The position numbers and the translations under genes were made by a program. Shown in pieces: positions 60,030 to 64,000 of a stretch of 64,000 bases of DNA. The DNA is from Pseudomonadota bacterium (GTDB lineage: Bacteria; Bdellovibrionota_B; Oligoflexia; Silvanigrellales; Silvanigrellaceae), in NCBI GenBank assembly GCA_039799905.1, contig JBDLRP010000030.1:1-64000 (forward strand), in the 5' to 3' direction. The notes under the pieces were generated by a model that was given only the letters and a program-made list of their open reading frames with translations, was not told where the DNA came from and made no database searches. Position 1 is the first letter of the stretch. Every line of letters begins with the position of its first letter.

Positions 60030-60070
60030 AGAACCCCGTGCACTCAAAAGGTGACACGGGGTTCTTTGTT
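60030..60070 (+). terminator. terminator closing the Tat gene cluster
   Basis: AGAACCCCGTG...CACGGGGTTCT then TTGTT. Confidence 0.7.
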
Positions 60071-60111
60071 GTGCGCGACGCGCGAAAAGCTGTGAATGAA
60101 ACTGCTGCGAG

Positions 60112-61314
60112 CTATTGGCAGACGACGTCATCTACCGCTGGTCCGCGACCACTTGGCTGAGAGGGAACAAAATCGATTGGAATTGTAAACGTACCCACGC
60201 GCAGGCGCAGCTGCTTGGAATCCACTTCGATGTATTCGATGTTGCCGATCGATGTGGAGACACCATAAACCTTGGTCTTTACTCCATCGGCCTTGATGCG
60301 CTGCAAATCCGACAAACCAAATCCCTTAAGGAAATTGATGTCAAAATTGATCGAACCCAAAATTGGAATGTTGCGGACTTTTGCCGTGCACTTGAGTGGC
60401 GAACGCATCTGCATCGAGAGGAGAATATTCGAACTCACTCCGCCCACCATGAATGTGTCAGTGTTGGCAACCACCTGACGGGTTGTGTCATCCGCAGGGC
60501 CTTCGGGAATGTATCCCTCAATTCGTTTGTAGATATTGGTGATGTTTGGTCCTTTGAGCAAAATGCTCAGGTTGCGTCGCCAGTCGAAACCGGGCTCGAG
60601 AACGACGTTGGCAATCGCATTGAACGCTGCAGACGGAGTGAGTGTTGGCGGCTGTTTGAAGCCCGGAACTTGAAAGAACTGAACCGGAATATTCTCGAAA
60701 CGATATTTGTCGGTGATGATCGTAATACGGCTGGGTTTTGAAAGGTCAAGAAACTTGACGGTACTGAGTTGTCCGCCTAGAGCGTCTGCTATGGACAGTC
60801 CCGAGATCGATACAAGTTGTTTGCCTGCAAACTTTGCGACAACACGCTGCGAACCAATCAAACGAAGACCATTGAATGTTGCGACCGCATTCGCAATGCT
60901 ATTACTTAGCACGAGTGAGGTGTCAGATTTTTCAATTTTCTGCCATGGAATTTTGCTGATGAATGAGAGCAGCGAGTTTGCTCCAAAGGTCGAAAAAAGA
61001 TCTTGAACAGTTTTTCTGTCAAAGTCAGTTCTTGTCAATGAAATGGTCGTGATGCTGTTCATCACCTCGCTGAAAACATCGACACCGGCCTGCCACTGAT
61101 CGGCTGGAATGCGGTCGTCCGGTTGCACGTTGCAATTCTGCAGCGAGAAGTTTTTACACCAGGTCGCGAAGTCAATCACCGATAAGTTGGAAAGGGTTTG
61201 GCTTTCAGAATCAGTTTCTTCCTGAATACCACATGAAACCAGTGTACCCGTCGCACCCAAAACGCCAAAAAGAGTCAACCCAGCAATCACAGAGCGAACT
61301 GACAATGCCTTCAT
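60112..61314 (-). CDS. hypothetical lipoprotein
   Basis: LVSC lipobox, RBS GAGG, 400 aa, beta-rich. Confidence 0.72.
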   Translation of the reverse strand: MKALSVRSVIAGLTLFGVLGATGTLVSCGIQEETDSESQTLSNLSVIDFATWCKNFSLQNCNVQPDDRIPADQWQAGVDVFSEVMNSITTISLTRTDFDRKTVQDLFSTFGANSLLSFISKIPWQKIEKSDTSLVLSNSIANAVATFNGLRLIGSQRVVAKFAGKQLVSISGLSIADALGGQLSTVKFLDLSKPSRITIITDKYRFENIPVQFFQVPGFKQPPTLTPSAAFNAIANVVLEPGFDWRRNLSILLKGPNITNIYKRIEGYIPEGPADDTTRQVVANTDTFMVGGVSSNILLSMQMRSPLKCTAKVRNIPILGSINFDINFLKGFGLSDLQRIKADGVKTKVYGVSTSIGNIEYIEVDSKQLRLRVGTFTIPIDFVPSQPSGRGPAVDDVVCQ

Positions 61315-61542
61315 GTAGCGACCTCACAACTATCAGAGGGTACGACGCGGATTTCTACATCCGAGTCGATGAAGCAAAATTCCTGCCAATGAATTGCGCC
61401 GGATCATCAAACCCGAACATCAGGCAGAAGCCAAAAATTACAAACATTTCAAACAAAGCAATTCTGTTGAAGAGCAAAGCACAATTTGGCGGGCATGCAA
61501 AGTCTTTTTACAGTGTCCAATTTTTAAACACATCATAAAATG

Positions 61543-61571
61543 AAAAAAAGTGGCGCTGTGCGCGCCACTTC
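61543..61571 (-). terminator. terminator
   Basis: AAGTGGCGC / GCGCCACTT with A tract on the left. Confidence 0.6.
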
Positions 61572-61599
61572 TCCGTTTTTTTAATTCTGGAAAAAAACG

Positions 61600-62805
61600 T
61601 CAGGGAGCAATGAACCAACTGGTCTGCATCGTTCCGGGGGGATTAATGTAGTCGGCAAAAACATTTGGCTCAATCTTGATTCTGCGTGCCTGTGTTGTGA
61701 GTGTCATTGCTCGGCATGCTCCTGCCGGAGAAAGATAACTTGCAACAAGCACAGACTCCATCAAATTCGAAGTGAACGCATAGTCAAGTCCGGTATTCTC
61801 GAACCTGTAAAAGAATTTTGAATTGAAACTGAAATGCATGAGCGTGCTGTTGATTGCGGTCGCCTGCTGCGATGTGCACGGGTTCATGTATGCCTGCCCT
61901 GAACAGTTGTTGTTGACAAACAGCGGCACCGCACAACCAATCATATTGCCCGTCACCAATCCGAGCTGTTGATTGCTCTCGCTCACGGCGTCTCCACCCG
62001 GCAATGCGAGTGAATTTGCAACCTGATAGATTGAATATTTGTCTTCGTTCATGGAACGAACATACAAGCCACTGGCAAGCGAGTTCGCTGTCTGTGATGC
62101 ACCCGTGTAGGGAAAGGTAACGTAACTGATCAGCGCACCCAGCGGATTGTCAGCGCTCTTGTAGACCTTCAATCCATTTGAAACAGCGTTGCAGGTATAT
62201 GCCGTGTTGATTATCTCGCCAGTCTCAAGTTTTGCGTTGTTCGAGATGCCATCGGCGCGTCCGTCATCCACTCCGGACTCAAACTTCTGCCCGCCTGCGG
62301 GACAGTTGGGTCCCGGTGGTTCCGTTGAAGTTTTTACGAGCGCTGCGGGCCCGGCGGGGCCTTCTTTACCGCTCGATCCGCGCTCACCTGCGGGTCCCTG
62401 TGGACCTTGCGGGCCTATCGGACCTTCGGGTCCCTGCGGGCCTTCAGGGCCCTTGTCCGGAGTAATCTTTTTTGCGGCTAATGAAATTGCGTCGGGATCG
62501 ATGCTCGTCGCAGATTCCCATCGGTCGCGCATGCAGTATTTAAACTGCGTTTCGGAAACGATGTAAACCAAACGCCGCTGCTGGCTGGCATCACATTTGG
62601 GAAGTGAGCGCTCTGTGTCAAAGACAGTTGGGGTCTGCCCTGTAGTCGCCACCTCACCATAGCGCGAAACGAATTTCTTCGAGGAAGCTCCAAATTCGCA
62701 TGCGACTAAACTCAAACATCCCGTCAGGATGACCGCAATGCGAGCCTGCGTTGCAGCGTTGTGAGGGGATCTCCCAGATCCCAGCTGCCGGTCAGTGCGT
62801 TTCAC
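61600..62805 (-). CDS. collagen-like repeat lipoprotein
   Basis: LVAC lipobox, about 12 Gly-X-Y triplets, [11 protein letters not shown]...G.DD...CN module; GTG 62805 with RBS GGAGG. Confidence 0.8.
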   Translation of the reverse strand: MKRTDRQLGSGRSPHNAATQARIAVILTGCLSLVACEFGASSKKFVSRYGEVATTGQTPTVFDTERSLPKCDASQQRRLVYIVSETQFKYCMRDRWESATSIDPDAISLAAKKITPDKGPEGPQGPEGPIGPQGPQGPAGERGSSGKEGPAGPAALVKTSTEPPGPNCPAGGQKFESGVDDGRADGISNNAKLETGEIINTAYTCNAVSNGLKVYKSADNPLGALISYVTFPYTGASQTANSLASGLYVRSMNEDKYSIYQVANSLALPGGDAVSESNQQLGLVTGNMIGCAVPLFVNNNCSGQAYMNPCTSQQATAINSTLMHFSFNSKFFYRFENTGLDYAFTSNLMESVLVASYLSPAGACRAMTLTTQARRIKIEPNVFADYINPPGTMQTSWFIAP

Positions 62806-63005
62806 TGCTCGTCCCTCCAAGCAAAGGTGTCCGTCCAAACTGGACACAATCTGCCGAGTGTTCGACGGCGGGTTGACGGAACTTGAGAATTTTTTTTTAA
62901 AAAATCATGATGGCGAAAAAGTTTCAATAATTTCAGACACCTAAAAGAGTCGGGCGCTGGGTTTATCTGAGTTGCTGGATTGAAAGCTGACTTTAGGCGA
63001 GTAGA

Positions 63006-63080
<75 letters not shown>

Positions 63081-63158
63081 TTGATTCCGGAATGGCAACC
63101 CCTATCAGGGTGACACTCCGGAGTCAAGCCGCACGGGCGCACCCTGAGAGAGCCGTCT

Positions 63159-63896
63159 TCAGCGGCACAGAGAGCGCATCTGCGCGTACAGGGCATCAAG
63201 GAATTCATCATTGAAATTCTCATGCACCAAGCGAACTTCATCGTCGGTCAACGCATTTGTGTAGTCGACAAAACGGCGCAGGTTCGGATCAGACAGCATA
63301 ACGCCCGAGTGCGATCGGGACTGCTGAGATGGAATAAACTGACCTTTCTTAATTTGAGCCTGTGACTGGCTCTGCGCAACCGGAATATCTTTAGCCTTCA
63401 CTTGAGCCTGACCCTGTGTCTGGCTCTGCGAAGCAGGAAGGTCTTTGCCCTTCACCTGTGCCTGACCCTGTGTCTGGCTTTGCGAAGCGGGAATGTCTTT
63501 GCCCTTCACCTGCGCCTGACCTTGGGTCTGGCTCTGCGAAGCGGGAATGTCTTTGCCCTTCACCTGCGCCTGACCCTGAGTCTGTGTTTGATCCTGTTTG
63601 ACAAGACCTCCCTCAGCAGGACGCAACAGTGAATCGACGTGACCGATCTGCAGCAAGTATGCGTATGCGACATCTTGAGCAATCAGCATGGTGGTGTTGA
63701 CGTCCATGCAAAAGTCACCGCCCGAAGGAAGTCCCCAGTCGGCGAACAAACCCTGATAGCCCATGTAGGCGAGTTCATCAGCACTCGGCATTGACTGCTC
63801 GAAGGCTTGGACCGAGAAGTCCGAAGATGCACTTGCCTGTGCGGCAGCCAGAACAACACAGGAAACCGAAAGTGATGCAATAATTTTTCCAAACAT
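63159..63896 (-). CDS. secreted protein with Gln-rich 18-aa tandem repeats
   Basis: RBS AGGAGG, signal peptide ASA, about 4.5 copies of QSQTQGQAQVKGKDIPAS. Confidence 0.78.
   Translation of the reverse strand: MFGKIIASLSVSCVVLAAAQASASSDFSVQAFEQSMPSADELAYMGYQGLFADWGLPSGGDFCMDVNTTMLIAQDVAYAYLLQIGHVDSLLRPAEGGLVKQDQTQTQGQAQVKGKDIPASQSQTQGQAQVKGKDIPASQSQTQGQAQVKGKDLPASQSQTQGQAQVKAKDIPVAQSQSQAQIKKGQFIPSQQSRSHSGVMLSDPNLRRFVDYTNALTDDEVRLVHENFNDEFLDALYAQMRSLCR
63355..63590. repeat. 54-bp coding tandem repeat
   Basis: TGACC at 63409, 63463, 63517 and 63571, an exact 54-bp period. Confidence 0.95.
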
Positions 63897-64000
63897 AACA
63901 CCTCCTGATTTTTTTGATCGTGTCGGCCCGCGGACTCTGCAAAAAATGTTCTCAAACAGATGCACCCACAAAACAAATATTCAACCTGAATTTATGAAAC

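Noticed and set aside
63355..63590. CRISPR array
   Set aside because: Repeats are contiguous, in-frame coding units with no unique spacers, and there are no cas genes

Overview
64 kb of chromosomal DNA from a moderately GC-rich Gram-negative bacterium. The gene styles (lptCAB, DUF4388/TPR signalling proteins, many orphan lipoproteins) suggest Bdellovibrionota/Oligoflexia or a related former delta-proteobacterial lineage; this is inference. The first ~44 kb is mostly housekeeping with scrambled synteny: tRNA-Leu, rny-ymdB-HIT/NUDIX, pabBA-lptCAB, amn, citrate synthase, pepA, mtgA, infC, type-2 ileS, ihfB, rpsT, rpsP, hpf, prmA, tRNA-Arg, HU, eno, a DnaC-like ATPase, nadA and hbd. The last ~20 kb is an accessory region rich in secreted proteins and lipoproteins, ending near tRNA-Thr. 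I saw no integrase, transposase, phage structural gene or CRISPR array. Best candidates for undescribed systems: (1) a translationally coupled operon of a rhomboid protease and two paralogous subtilases sharing a Cys-containing C-terminal sorting-type signal; (2) a cytochrome c lipoprotein with two Tat-exported proteins, one with a superoxide-reductase-like four-His site in which Asp appears to replace the axial Cys; (3) a HIT-NUDIX fusion in the RNase Y-YmdB operon; (4) an unannotated 48-aa basic protein and two candidate small RNAs; (5) a DnaD-like/DnaC-like pair with a convergent helical protein. All family assignments come from motifs read by eye; no searches were run.
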